Source: an archaeon
Lineage (GTDB): Archaea > Nanobdellota > Nanobdellia > Pacearchaeales > GW2011-AR1
Length of the DNA: 64,000 nt
Assembly: GCA_043797265.1 (NCBI GenBank)
Contig: JAZDPV010000018.1
Span: 1 to 64,000 of the forward strand
Direction: 5' to 3'
Below the pieces are notes generated by a model. It was not told the origin of the DNA, ran no database searches, and worked only from the letters and a program-made list of their open reading frames with translations. A program made the position numbers and the translations under genes. Numbering within the stretch: the stretch's first letter is position 1; each line of letters begins with the position of its first letter. Shown here in pieces: positions 27,252 through 36,195 of this stretch.

Positions 27252-27644
27252 ATGGCGGAATTAATTAAGAGGAGCAAGGATAGGTTTTATCGAGGGAAGA
27301 AAGTCGCGGATTTGAAGGATGTTGATATTCGGGAATTTGCGAAATTGACGAAGGCGAGAGCGAGACGGGCGTTGTTGAGAAATTATGATATTGTCGAGGC
27401 GCTTGTGAAAAGATGGGAGAGATATAATGTGAAGAAGAAACCGATAAGGACGCATAATCGGGAAATTGTAATTGTGCCGAAGATGATTGGATGGACTATT
27501 GGAGTTTATAATGGGAAGGAATTTTTGAAAGTTGTTATTAGTGAGGAGATGTTGGGGCATCGGCTGGGAGAGTTTGCGATGACGAGGAAGGTTGCTAAAC
27601 ATACAAGCATTGGAGCGAAGAAGGCGCCGAAGGAAAATGGATAA
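27252..27644 (+). CDS. rps19: 30S ribosomal protein uS19
   Basis: IRTHNR...VYNGKEF...MLGHRLGEF. Confidence 0.97.
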   Translation: MAELIKRSKDRFYRGKKVADLKDVDIREFAKLTKARARRALLRNYDIVEALVKRWERYNVKKKPIRTHNREIVIVPKMIGWTIGVYNGKEFLKVVISEEMLGHRLGEFAMTRKVAKHTSIGAKKAPKENG

Positions 27645-28149
27645 AGAAAAAACTGGCGAGATTGAAAAAGAAGTTGTTTCCGAAGAGAAGAAAGAAGAGA
27701 AGAAAGATGTGAAGAAAGAAGTCGTGAGGGGGAAAGTTGTGAAGAAAAATATGGCATTCGCGAGAGGGGCTGGGTTGAATGTTTCGCCGAAGCAATGTAT
27801 TTGCATTTGCAAAGTTATTCGGGGGAAGAATCCGGATGTTGCTGTTGCGCGGCTGCAGGATGTTATCGACGGGAAAGGGGTTATCCCGATGGCTGGGCTG
27901 GAAGTCGGGCATAGAAAAGGCAAGGGGCTGGCGGGCGGGAGATTTCCGAAAAATGCGTGCAATGCTGTTATAAATATTGTGAAGCAGGTTGCGGCGAATG
28001 CTGTCGTTGCCGGAATTGAGAATCCGGTGATTGCTGTTGCCAAGGCTGATAGGGCATCGGCTCCGTTCAGGCGTGGAGGGCGAAGAGCGAAGAGATGTAA
28101 TCTTTATTTAGAAGTGAGAGATAAAACTAAATTGGCGGGGAAGAAATAG
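27637..28149 (+). CDS. rpl22: 50S ribosomal protein uL22
   Basis: VSPKQ..IC..IRGK, GRFPKNA. Confidence 0.95.
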   Translation: MDKEKTGEIEKEVVSEEKKEEKKDVKKEVVRGKVVKKNMAFARGAGLNVSPKQCICICKVIRGKNPDVAVARLQDVIDGKGVIPMAGLEVGHRKGKGLAGGRFPKNACNAVINIVKQVAANAVVAGIENPVIAVAKADRASAPFRRGGRRAKRCNLYLEVRDKTKLAGKK

Positions 28150-28847
28150 TGGAAGAAAAAGCGTTTGTTGGAGTGCGAAGGGATGAGTATAATATTCGGG
28201 AATTTGTAAAGCGGATGTTTGGGATGGGGAAAGTTTCGCGAGTGAGGATTGAGTATACTCCGGTTGGCGAAAAGGTTGTCGTGGCGACGCATAGACCTGG
28301 TTGGATTATCGGGAAGGGCGGGGAAAAAATTAATGAGTTGACCGAAATTTTGAAGAAGCGGTTTAAGATGGAGAACCCGCATGTTGATATCGAGGAGATT
28401 ATGAAGCCCGAGTTTGATGCTCAACTGGTTGCCGACGACATTGCTTTGACGCTCGAGAGATTTGGGGCGCAAAAATATAAGGCGTCGAGTTATCGGGCTT
28501 TGGATAGAATTAAGAAAGCGGGGGCTTGGGGGGCTGAGTTGAGATTGTCAGGGAAACTGCCGAGCGACAGGGCGCGGAGTTGGAGATTCGCGTTTGGTTA
28601 TTTGAAGAAAACTGGCGACGCTGCGAGTGTTGTTGATAGGGCTGAATCTGTTGCTGTTACAAAGCAGGGCGTTGTCGGGATTAAGGTTGCGATTTTGGCT
28701 CCGGGGGTTAAGGTTTATGACCAGATTGTAATTGACGAGGATTTTATGAATCAGATTAAGAAAAACGCGACATTTGAGGAAGTTGAGGAGACGGTTAAGA
28801 AAAAGAAAAGAAGTGTGAAGAAAAAAATTAAGGAGGGTAGGAAATGA
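28149..28847 (+). CDS. rps3: 30S ribosomal protein uS3 (GTG start)
   Basis: RPGWIIGKGG KH domain; SGKLPSDRAR. Confidence 0.97.
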   Translation: MEEKAFVGVRRDEYNIREFVKRMFGMGKVSRVRIEYTPVGEKVVVATHRPGWIIGKGGEKINELTEILKKRFKMENPHVDIEEIMKPEFDAQLVADDIALTLERFGAQKYKASSYRALDRIKKAGAWGAELRLSGKLPSDRARSWRFAFGYLKKTGDAASVVDRAESVAVTKQGVVGIKVAILAPGVKVYDQIVIDEDFMNQIKKNATFEEVEETVKKKKRSVKKKIKEGRK

Positions 28848-29038
28848 TGGCGGAGAAGAAAATGACGGTTAAGGAAATAGATAAGAAGATTATGGACTTG
28901 AAGATTGAGTTGCTGCGGAATCCGACGAAAAAGGGAAAGATTAAAAGGGAAATTGCGCGGCTTCTTACCATGGGGAACCGAGAGAACAGAGAATTAAAAA
29001 TGAAGACTTTAACTAAACTGGAGGATGCGAAGAAGTAA
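28844..29038 (+). CDS. rpl29: 50S ribosomal protein uL29
   Basis: LKIELLR...IKREIARLLT; operon position. Confidence 0.85.
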   Translation: MMAEKKMTVKEIDKKIMDLKIELLRNPTKKGKIKREIARLLTMGNRENRELKMKTLTKLEDAKK

Positions 29039-29337
29039 TGGATATTTGTCCGAAGTGTGGACTGCCTTTGGCGGCGTGTGTCTGCGGCGAGATTGCCAAG
29101 ACGCAACAACAAATTGTTGTGAAGACCGAAAAAAGGCGTTTCGGAAAAGTTAATACGATTATAACCGGATTTGATAATGGCGTCGACGTTAAGGATCTCG
29201 CGAAGCGGCTCAAAATGAAGCGGGCTTGCGGTGGCACGACGAAAAACAATGTTATCGAATTACAGGGAAATCACAAAGGTCACATTAAACCGATTTTGGT
29301 TGAAATAGGATTTAGTGAAAATCAGATTGACGATTAG
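29038..29337 (+). CDS. sui1: translation initiation factor aIF1 (SUI1)
   Basis: CPKCGLP..CVC, ACGGT, IELQGNH. Confidence 0.95.
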   Translation: MDICPKCGLPLAACVCGEIAKTQQQIVVKTEKRRFGKVNTIITGFDNGVDVKDLAKRLKMKRACGGTTKNNVIELQGNHKGHIKPILVEIGFSENQIDD

Positions 29338-29366
29338 CGCGTTTGCGTGAGGTGATAGAGAATAGA

Positions 29367-29714
29367 ATGGCAGAGAAAAAGGTAAGGAAGAAAATAGAAA
29401 TAAAGGTCGAATGTAAAGATAGACTTTGTCCTCGGCATGGGGATAGGAAGTTGAAATTGAGGGGGCGGGTTTTTGAGGGGGTTGTGATTAGAAAATTTCC
29501 GAGGAGAGTCACGATTGAGTTTGAGAGGATGTTGAAGTTGCCGAAGTACGAGAGATATGAGAAAAGGAAAACCAAGATTCACGCGAGATTGCCGGATTGC
29601 ATGAAGGATGAAGTTGCCGTTGGTGATTTGATTTTGATTGCGGAGACGCGACCAATTTCGAAGATGATTCATTTTGTTGTTTCGAAAGTTGTTCGGAAGG
29701 GGGCGGGGGAATGA
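29367..29714 (+). CDS. rps17: 30S ribosomal protein uS17
   Basis: C.D..CP.HG, KYERYEKR, ETRPISK. Confidence 0.97.
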   Translation: MAEKKVRKKIEIKVECKDRLCPRHGDRKLKLRGRVFEGVVIRKFPRRVTIEFERMLKLPKYERYEKRKTKIHARLPDCMKDEVAVGDLILIAETRPISKMIHFVVSKVVRKGAGE

Positions 29715-29774
29715 GATATGCTTTGATAGAAAAAGGGCTTCGCCAAATTTTATTTAATGTTTTGGAGGTAGAAA

Positions 29775-29981
29775 ATGAAGGCGATTAGTGCGCATCATGA
29801 GTATAAGGTGGGACTTAATTCTGGTAATTGGTATGGGGTTAGAGAGAGCGGGTTGCCGAGTGATAGAGAAGTTATTGGGGATTTAGAGGATGATAATAGT
29901 GTTTTTGCCTGTGGTCTTTTTGGCATTGGTACATCTAAAATAAAAAAACCTAAAGCGAGGAATGAAAATGAAGGCGATTAG
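29775..29981 (+). CDS. 68-aa orphan ORF created by an insertion at the rpl14 start
   Basis: SD GGAGGT at 29764; begins with the same MKAIS as uL14; bounded by a 20-bp direct repeat. Confidence 0.45.
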   Translation: MKAISAHHEYKVGLNSGNWYGVRESGLPSDREVIGDLEDDNSVFACGLFGIGTSKIKKPKARNENEGD

Positions 29982-30369
29982 TGGGCGGGTGACGAGGGGG
30001 TTGAATATTGGGAGTTTGGTTGATGCGTGTGATAATAGCGGGGCGCGGATTGTAAAAATTGTGGCGGTGAAACACGGGAAGACGTCGAAGGGACGGCAGG
30101 GTTATGCGAAGGTTGCGGATTGGGTGAAGGTTTCGGTGAGAAAGGGAGACCCGAAGATGAAGGGCGAGGTTTTTGATGCGGTGGTTGTTCGGCAGAGAAA
30201 ATCGTGGCGAAGAAACACGGGCGAGAGAGTTTGCTTTTCGGATAATGCGGTTGCGTTGTTCAAGGACGAGAAGGGAAATCCGAAGGGGACGCAGATTAAG
30301 GGTGCGGTCGCGAGGGAAGTTCAGGAAAGATGGAAAGAAGTCGCTAAAATTGCGGGGAGTGTTTATTGA
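29968..30369 (+). CDS. rpl14: 50S ribosomal protein uL14
   Basis: DNSGA, F.DNA, PKGTQIKGAVARE. Confidence 0.97.
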   Translation: MKAISGRVTRGLNIGSLVDACDNSGARIVKIVAVKHGKTSKGRQGYAKVADWVKVSVRKGDPKMKGEVFDAVVVRQRKSWRRNTGERVCFSDNAVALFKDEKGNPKGTQIKGAVAREVQERWKEVAKIAGSVY

Positions 30370-30486
30370 TGGGAAAATTAAAAATTTTCCCATGGGGATA
30401 CGAGAAACTTTGTTTCTCGAGGGGATATGGCTTCGCCATGGAGATAGACGCTTCGCGTCGGGTGATTGCGCTTCGCGCGGGTGAAT
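30369..30486. repeat. linker-plus-hairpin micro-array (linker NGGNGAT-like)
   Basis: 11-bp hairpin at the stop codon; linkers at 30393, 30420, 30439, 30460 and 30479 separated by four perfect C-TTY-G hairpins. Confidence 0.9.
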
Positions 30487-30495
30487 GGAGGAAAG

Positions 30496-31017
30496 ATGAA
30501 GTCGAAATTTAATAAATCGTGGAATGCGAGTGTGAAGCCAAGGAAACAGAGGAAGTTTTTGGTGAATGCGCCGAATCACATTAGGCGAAAGTTGATGGGA
30601 GCGACGCTGGATAAGAGATTGAGGGCGAAGCATGGGGTGAGGAGTATTGAAGTTCGGAAGGGCGATGAGGTCAAGGTTATGAGAGGGAAGTTTGCGAAGA
30701 AGCAAGGGAAAGTTGGGGGGGTTGATGTTAAGAATTGCCGGATTCAGATTGATGGATTACAAAGAGAGAAAAAGGGTGGAGAGAAAGTTATGACGTGGTT
30801 CCATCCGTCGAGTGTGAAGATTGTTGTTTTGGATGATAGTGATAAAAGACGGTTTAAACGGAAAGGTTTGGAATCTGGGAAAGTAAAATTAAGAGAGGGG
30901 AAAAATGGCTCACGGATGAACACGGATGAGCACGGATTAAAGAATAAGGAAAATAGAAAAGTTGATAGAATCGTTAAGGGGAAAATAGATAAAATGGAAA
31001 AGGAGATTAAGAAATAA
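30496..31017 (+). CDS. rpl24: 50S ribosomal protein uL24 with C-terminal extension
   Basis: PRKQRK...[18 protein letters not shown]. Confidence 0.96.
   Translation: MKSKFNKSWNASVKPRKQRKFLVNAPNHIRRKLMGATLDKRLRAKHGVRSIEVRKGDEVKVMRGKFAKKQGKVGGVDVKNCRIQIDGLQREKKGGEKVMTWFHPSSVKIVVLDDSDKRRFKRKGLESGKVKLREGKNGSRMNTDEHGLKNKENRKVDRIVKGKIDKMEKEIKK
30901..30944 (+). repeat. AATGGCT + 3x10-mer element, copy 2, in frame in uL24
   Basis: cacggatgaa cacggatgag cacggattaa. Confidence 0.85.
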
Positions 31018-31676
31018 TGGCGCATATAAAGAAAACTGAAATGCCGACGCTGTGGCCGATTTCGAGAAGAGGGAAGAGAAAGAGATTTATCGCTGTTCCT
31101 GCTCACGCGACTTCGAAGGGAATTAGTTTGTTGTTTTTACTTAGAGATGTTTTGAGAGTTGTTGAGACGAGGAAAGAAGCGAGATATATGACGCTGAATG
31201 GGATGGTCAAAGTTAATAATGTTGTTCGGAAGGATGAGAATTTTCCGGTTCAGGTGTTCGATGTGTTAGGGTTAGAGAAGGGTGGATTGAATTATAGATT
31301 AGAGATTGTTAATGGAAAGTTTAGGTTGAATGAAATATCCGAGAAAGAGGCTGGGGAAAAAATTGTGAAGATTTCCGGGAAAAAGGTTTTGGGCAAGGAT
31401 AAGATTCAGATGAATTTGGATGATGGGCAGAATGTTTTGAGCGGGGAGAAATTTTCCGTCGGTGATTCGGTTTTGTTTAATACGAAAGAGAAAAAAGTTG
31501 TGAAAATTTTGCCGTTAAAGAAGGGGGCAAAAGTTGAAATTGTTTTGGGAAAGCACGCGGGGGACAAGGGCGAGTTGGTTGGGTTTGAAGATTTGGCCCG
31601 CGGGCGGAATTATGAAATTAAATTGGGGGACAAGATTGTGAGATTGCCTTACAAAACTATCTTGGTGATTGGATGA
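31017..31676 (+). CDS. rps4e: 30S ribosomal protein eS4
   Basis: HIK...P..WPI.R, LRDVL, GKHAG. Confidence 0.95.
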   Translation: MAHIKKTEMPTLWPISRRGKRKRFIAVPAHATSKGISLLFLLRDVLRVVETRKEARYMTLNGMVKVNNVVRKDENFPVQVFDVLGLEKGGLNYRLEIVNGKFRLNEISEKEAGEKIVKISGKKVLGKDKIQMNLDDGQNVLSGEKFSVGDSVLFNTKEKKVVKILPLKKGAKVEIVLGKHAGDKGELVGFEDLARGRNYEIKLGDKIVRLPYKTILVIG

Positions 31677-31692
31677 TGGGGGTAGACGATAG

Positions 31693-32235
31693 ATGGTAGA
31701 TGGTAATAATGTGATGAGAGAAATAAAACTGGAGAAGGTTATTTTGAATATCGGGGGCGTCGAGGATAAATTGAATAGAGGGGCGATTTTGCTGGAGAAA
31801 ATTTCGGGGAAGAAAGTGGTGAAGGTCAAGGCGACAAAGAGGATTCCGAGCTGGAATGTTCGGCCGGGACTTGAGGTTGGTGTCAAGGTTACGTTGAGGG
31901 GCGACGACGCGCTGGAGATGGTGAAGAAGTTGTTGCCGGCGATTGATAATATTTTGAAGGAGAAGCAGATTCAGGATAATTGTTTTTCGTTCGGGATTCA
32001 TGAGTATATCGAGATTCCGGGAGCTGAGTATATTCGGGAAGTTGGGATTATGGGGTTCGAGGTGACGGTTGTTTTTAGCCGGGCGGGAAAGAGTGTCGAG
32101 CAGAAAAAAATTAAGCGAGGCAAGATGCGAAGGTCGGTTGTGACGAGGAAGGAAATTGAGGATTATGTTGTAGATAAATTTGGGACGGAAATTTTGCGGA
32201 AGGAAAAGAAGTTGGAGGGGGAAGATGAGGAATAG
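31693..32235 (+). CDS. rpl5: 50S ribosomal protein uL5
   Basis: MREIKLEKVILNIG, VKVTLRG, FSFGI.EYI. Confidence 0.96.
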   Translation: MVDGNNVMREIKLEKVILNIGGVEDKLNRGAILLEKISGKKVVKVKATKRIPSWNVRPGLEVGVKVTLRGDDALEMVKKLLPAIDNILKEKQIQDNCFSFGIHEYIEIPGAEYIREVGIMGFEVTVVFSRAGKSVEQKKIKRGKMRRSVVTRKEIEDYVVDKFGTEILRKEKKLEGEDEE

Positions 32236-32239
32236 AAAT

Positions 32240-32278
32240 AATGGCTCACTAATGAACACGAATGAACACAGATTTAAA
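32240..32278 (+). repeat. AATGGCT + 3x10-mer element, copy 3, intergenic
   Basis: cactaatgaa cacgaatgaa cacagattta. Confidence 0.8.
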
Positions 32279-32303
32279 TTAAATAGGGAAGTTGGGGGAG
32301 GAT

Positions 32304-32534
32304 ATGACGTCGAGTGATTGGAGGAAGATAACGAAGCAGTTGAGGGGGAAGCCGGCGGTGTTGAAAAAGTTTTTGAAACATAATAAACCGAAGGCGAGGA
32401 AATTTGGCGTCGCTGTTAATAAATGCGAGGTTTGCGGGCGGACCGGGGCTCATATATCAAGTTATAATCTAAATTTGTGCCGACATTGTTTCAGGGAATT
32501 GGCGGTTGAATTGGGGTTTAAGAAATACTCATGA
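32304..32534 (+). CDS. rps14: 30S ribosomal protein uS14
   Basis: CEVCG...LCRHCFRE.A..LGFKKY. Confidence 0.96.
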   Translation: MTSSDWRKITKQLRGKPAVLKKFLKHNKPKARKFGVAVNKCEVCGRTGAHISSYNLNLCRHCFRELAVELGFKKYS

Positions 32535-32580
32535 GAAGGAAAATAGATAATAGAAAATTGGAAATAGGAGGAAATTTCAG

Positions 32581-32952
32581 ATGAGTCATGATGTTGTTGC
32601 GGACGGGTTGAATCAGATAATGAACGCGAAAGCGGTGGAGAAGGGTGAGGTTGTGATTAGACGGGGTTCGAAAGTTTTGGTTAAATTATTTAAGATGATG
32701 AAAGAGTTGGGGCATATTGATTATAAGATTGAGGACGGGGATATTATTGTCAGGATTTTGAAGTTAAATGAATGCCGGGCGGTGAAGCCGAGATATTTTG
32801 TCGGGGTTGATGGGATTGACAGGTACCTTAGGAGATTTTTGCCGTCGAGAAATTTCGGAACTTTAGTTATTTCTACGAACAAGGGATTGATAACGCACAA
32901 GGAAGCTTTGAAATTAAATATTGGGGGAAGCGTTGTTGCTTATTTTTACTGA
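32581..32952 (+). CDS. rps8: 30S ribosomal protein uS8
   Basis: LPSRNFG.LVIST..G...H.EA....GG. Confidence 0.96.
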   Translation: MSHDVVADGLNQIMNAKAVEKGEVVIRRGSKVLVKLFKMMKELGHIDYKIEDGDIIVRILKLNECRAVKPRYFVGVDGIDRYLRRFLPSRNFGTLVISTNKGLITHKEALKLNIGGSVVAYFY

Positions 32953-33533
32953 TGAATAAAGATTTGATGAGAGAGATTGAAATTCCGACGGGGGTTGAAG
33001 TTTGTGTTAACGGGAATGAGGTTGTTGTGAGAGGGAGCGGAAAGGAGTTGAGAAAAAGTTTTGATAAAGGGAAGGTTGTGATTGAAGTCAAGGACGGGAA
33101 AATTGTTTTGAGTGTTTCGGGGGCGAGTCGTCGGGAATCGAAGATGATTGGAACGATTTGGGCGCATTTGAAAAATATGATTAAGGGAGTTGGCGAAAAT
33201 TTTGTTTATGAGCTGGAGATTTGCAATATTCATTTTCCGATGAACGTTTCCGTTGTTGAAACAACGGAAAAGGGTACAGGCATCAGGAATCAGAATTCAG
33301 GCAAGGTTGTGATTAAAAGTTTTTTGGGGAGAGTGAAGGAGAGAGTTGCGCGGATTATGCCGGGGGTGAGTGTTGAAGTGAAAGGGAATAAGATTGTCGT
33401 TAGTTCAGGAGACATTGAGGCGGCAGGACAGACCGCGGCGAATTTAGAGAAAGCGACGAGGCTGGTTGGTCGGGATAGGAGAGTTTTTCAGGATGGAATT
33501 TACATAACTAAAAAACCTTATAGGAATATTTAA
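32952..33533 (+). CDS. rpl6: 50S ribosomal protein uL6 with an internal ~12-aa insertion
   Basis: HFPM, GQTAANLE, DRRVFQDGIYI. Confidence 0.96.
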   Translation: MNKDLMREIEIPTGVEVCVNGNEVVVRGSGKELRKSFDKGKVVIEVKDGKIVLSVSGASRRESKMIGTIWAHLKNMIKGVGENFVYELEICNIHFPMNVSVVETTEKGTGIRNQNSGKVVIKSFLGRVKERVARIMPGVSVEVKGNKIVVSSGDIEAAGQTAANLEKATRLVGRDRRVFQDGIYITKKPYRNI

Positions 33534-33534
33534 G

Positions 33535-33885
33535 ATGGAAAGAAAGAAGCCGAAATTTTTGAGGAAGGACTGGCACAAGGAAATTAAACTCGGGAGGACG
33601 GTGAAGAAATTGCGGAAGTGGCGGGCGGCGAAGGGGAGACATAACAAGATTAGATTGAGTAGGAGAGGACAGTCGCGGAGGCCGAAGATTGGATGGTCAT
33701 TAGGGGGCAGTAGGAAGGGAGTTGGTGGTAAGTATGTTTTGAATTTGAAGGATTTATCGTCGGTAAAAAAAGGTGAGGGAATTTTGATTGGGGCCGTTGG
33801 GGGGAAGAAGAGAAAGGAAATTGTTGCGAAGGCGAATGATATGGCTGTTAAGATTTTGAATAAATATAAGGTGGTGAAAAAATGA
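33535..33885 (+). CDS. rpl32e: 50S ribosomal protein eL32
   Basis: KKPKFLR.DW...KWR..KG..NKIR. Confidence 0.93.
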   Translation: MERKKPKFLRKDWHKEIKLGRTVKKLRKWRAAKGRHNKIRLSRRGQSRRPKIGWSLGGSRKGVGGKYVLNLKDLSSVKKGEGILIGAVGGKKRKEIVAKANDMAVKILNKYKVVKK

Positions 33886-34286
33886 ATTTGGCTAAGCGAA
33901 AAGAGTTGGCGGCGAAAGTTTTTGGGGTCGGGAAAGGCCGGATTATTTTTGTGAAAGATAATTTACCTGAAATTAAAGAGGCGATTACGCGGATGGATAT
34001 TATTGATTTGCATAAATCGGGAGCAATTAAAATTAGAGAGATTAGGGGACGGAAGAAAATTGTGAGAAGGCGACATAGAAGAAGAGTTGGAAAAGTTAAA
34101 GGGAAGGTTAGTGATAAGAAGGCGGAGTATGTGATAATCACGAGGAAGTTGCGGAAGTTTGTGAGAGGATTGGTGAGGGCGGGAAAAATTAAGAGAGAGA
34201 GAAGCGGGGAAATTCGGAAAGAGATTCGAGCGCGGAAGTTCAAGAGCAAAAGACATCTTAAAGAAATTTTGGAGGAAGGGGAATGA
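33882..34286 (+). CDS. rpl19e: 50S ribosomal protein eL19
   Basis: LAA.V.GVGK.RI, AITR.DI. Confidence 0.93.
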   Translation: MNLAKRKELAAKVFGVGKGRIIFVKDNLPEIKEAITRMDIIDLHKSGAIKIREIRGRKKIVRRRHRRRVGKVKGKVSDKKAEYVIITRKLRKFVRGLVRAGKIKRERSGEIRKEIRARKFKSKRHLKEILEEGE

Positions 34287-34359
34287 AAGTTTTGGCGGGG
34301 CTTTGCCCGAGGTTGTTTGGCGGCGGAAGGAATTTAAATGATGGTTTGAGGGGATTGTG

Positions 34360-34857
34360 ATGGCAGGATTAAGGACGATGAAGCGAAGGAGAAAGGAAGG
34401 GCGGACGGATTACAAGTTGAGACTGGGGCTGTTGAAGAGCGGGTTGCCGAGGATTGTGATTAGAAGGACGAACAAATATTTTATCGTGCAGGCGGTCGAG
34501 AGTGTTGAGGCACAGGACGGGGTTGTCGCGACTATTAGTTCGAAGGAGTTGTTGAAATATGATTGGGATGAGAAGAAGGGCGGGAGTTTGAAATCTATTC
34601 CGGCTGGATACCTCACGGGTTTTTTATTCGCCAAGAAACTGAAAAATAAAAACAAGTATATTGTTGATTTAGGGATGGCCCGGACCGAGAAAGGATGCAG
34701 GGTGTTTGCCGTCGTCAAGGGGTTGATTGATGGTGGCGTGAACATTGATGTTGATGAAAAAGTTTTTCCGTCTGGGGAAAGATTGGCGGGTGAGCATTTG
34801 GAAGACGGGATTAAAGAAATGATTGTAAAAGTTCGGGAGAAATTGAGGAATGGCTAA
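34360..34857 (+). CDS. rpl18: 50S ribosomal protein uL18
   Basis: RRRKEGRTDYK.RL.LLKS, AGYLTG. Confidence 0.96.
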   Translation: MAGLRTMKRRRKEGRTDYKLRLGLLKSGLPRIVIRRTNKYFIVQAVESVEAQDGVVATISSKELLKYDWDEKKGGSLKSIPAGYLTGFLFAKKLKNKNKYIVDLGMARTEKGCRVFAVVKGLIDGGVNIDVDEKVFPSGERLAGEHLEDGIKEMIVKVREKLRNG

Positions 34858-35686
34858 GAAAAAAGTTGCGGGGGATGCAGACGTCAAGGAGCAGTTGGAG
34901 GAGATGGTTGATGTGGTGGACGCCAAGGAGAAAGTGGAAGAGGAAAAGGTGTCGAAGGAATTTGACGAGAAGGCGAAGGTCGAGGAGAGGAGTGAATTTA
35001 AACGGGAGACGAAAGAGGAAAGATTTGCGAGAGAAGATTACGAGAAGTTGGAGAGATGGATACCGAGGACTGAGTTGGGGCGCAAGGTCAGGGCGGGGAA
35101 AATCAAGGATATTGACGAGATTTTGAAGGATGGGAAAAAAATTATGGAGTCGGAGATTGTTGATTTGCTGGTTCGTGGTTTGAAGGTGGACACTTTGTTT
35201 ATCGGGCAGGCGAAGGGAAAGTTTGGCGGAGGGAAGAGACGGGCGTTCAGGCAGACGCAGAAGAAAACGAAGGAAGGAAATGTTTTGACTTTTGGAGTGA
35301 TGGCTGTTGTTGGCGATGAGCATGGGCACGTTGGGCTTGGTTATGGGCGAGCGTCTGAGACATTGCCGGCGAAGGAAAAAGCGATTAGGAAAGCGAAATT
35401 GAGTATTGTGAAAATTCCGAGGGGGTGTGCGAGTTATAATTGTTCGTGTGATGGGGAACATAGTATCCCCTTGGCCGTCGAGGGGAAATGCTCTTCAGTG
35501 GTTATTAAGTTGATGCCAGCGCCTCAGGGAACGGGGTTGGTTGTTGGGGACGAGATGAAAAAGATTTTGAGGATGGTCGGGATAAAGGATGTCTATAGCC
35601 AGACCGAGGGAAAAATCAGGACGACGTTTAATGCGGCGAAAGCGTTGATGGTTGCGTTGAATAAATTGAATGAGGTGAGAATATGA
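34850..35686 (+). CDS. rps5: 30S ribosomal protein uS5
   Basis: WIPRTELGR.V, PAPQGTGLV. Confidence 0.97.
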   Translation: MAKKKVAGDADVKEQLEEMVDVVDAKEKVEEEKVSKEFDEKAKVEERSEFKRETKEERFAREDYEKLERWIPRTELGRKVRAGKIKDIDEILKDGKKIMESEIVDLLVRGLKVDTLFIGQAKGKFGGGKRRAFRQTQKKTKEGNVLTFGVMAVVGDEHGHVGLGYGRASETLPAKEKAIRKAKLSIVKIPRGCASYNCSCDGEHSIPLAVEGKCSSVVIKLMPAPQGTGLVVGDEMKKILRMVGIKDVYSQTEGKIRTTFNAAKALMVALNKLNEVRI

Positions 35687-35750
35687 AAATCGTAGATTTT
35701 CATGGTGATAATCGTTTTGCGATTGGATGTATGACTTTGTCATGGGTGGT
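35683..35750. repeat. stop-codon hairpin plus linker/hairpin units
   Basis: atgaaaatc-gta-gattttcat; tggtgata then a hairpin; atgac-ttt-gtcat. Confidence 0.75.
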
Positions 35751-35756
35751 TGTGAG

Positions 35757-36098
35757 ATGATATTGGTCGTGAGGATTGCGGGGCAGGCGAGGAAGAAGGC
35801 GAAGGATAGTGAGACCTTGAGGCGGTTGAGGTTGGGAAAGAAGTTTAGTTGTATTCTTGTCGACGAGAAAGATGATGTGAGGATAGGGATGGTGCGAGCG
35901 GTGGGATACATGGTTGCTTACGGGAAAGTTGAGGACGATTTTGTGAAAGAGTTGAAGAAGATGCGGAAAGACAAGGATGGGGTTTATTTTTTGCATCCGC
36001 CTCGAGGTGGGTTTAAGAAGAGTTCGAAAGTTGCGACGCCGAAGGGAATCCTTGGGAAAAATGAAGATATCACTAAATTAGTGGAGAGGATGTTATGA
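35757..36098 (+). CDS. rpl30: 50S ribosomal protein uL30
   Basis: VVRI.G, TL..LRL, LHPPRGG. Confidence 0.93.
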   Translation: MILVVRIAGQARKKAKDSETLRRLRLGKKFSCILVDEKDDVRIGMVRAVGYMVAYGKVEDDFVKELKKMRKDKDGVYFLHPPRGGFKKSSKVATPKGILGKNEDITKLVERML

Positions 36099-36195
36099 AA
36101 AAATCGGGGATTTTTTCGGGCGTTAGGTTGCTTCGCTTGTGGGTGTTGGGTCACTTCGCTTGTGGGAACTTGAGTAACATTGCGGGAGTATTAAG

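Noticed and set aside
12877-30486. Linker/hairpin arrays as CRISPR arrays
   Set aside because: Repeats are only 7-8 nt, the intervening units are short palindromes, and no cas genes are present.
27261-35461. Long antisense ORFs over ribosomal genes (e.g. 27261..28043, 29950..30705, 34811..35461)
   Set aside because: Shadow frames of well-supported plus-strand genes, favoured by the skewed composition.
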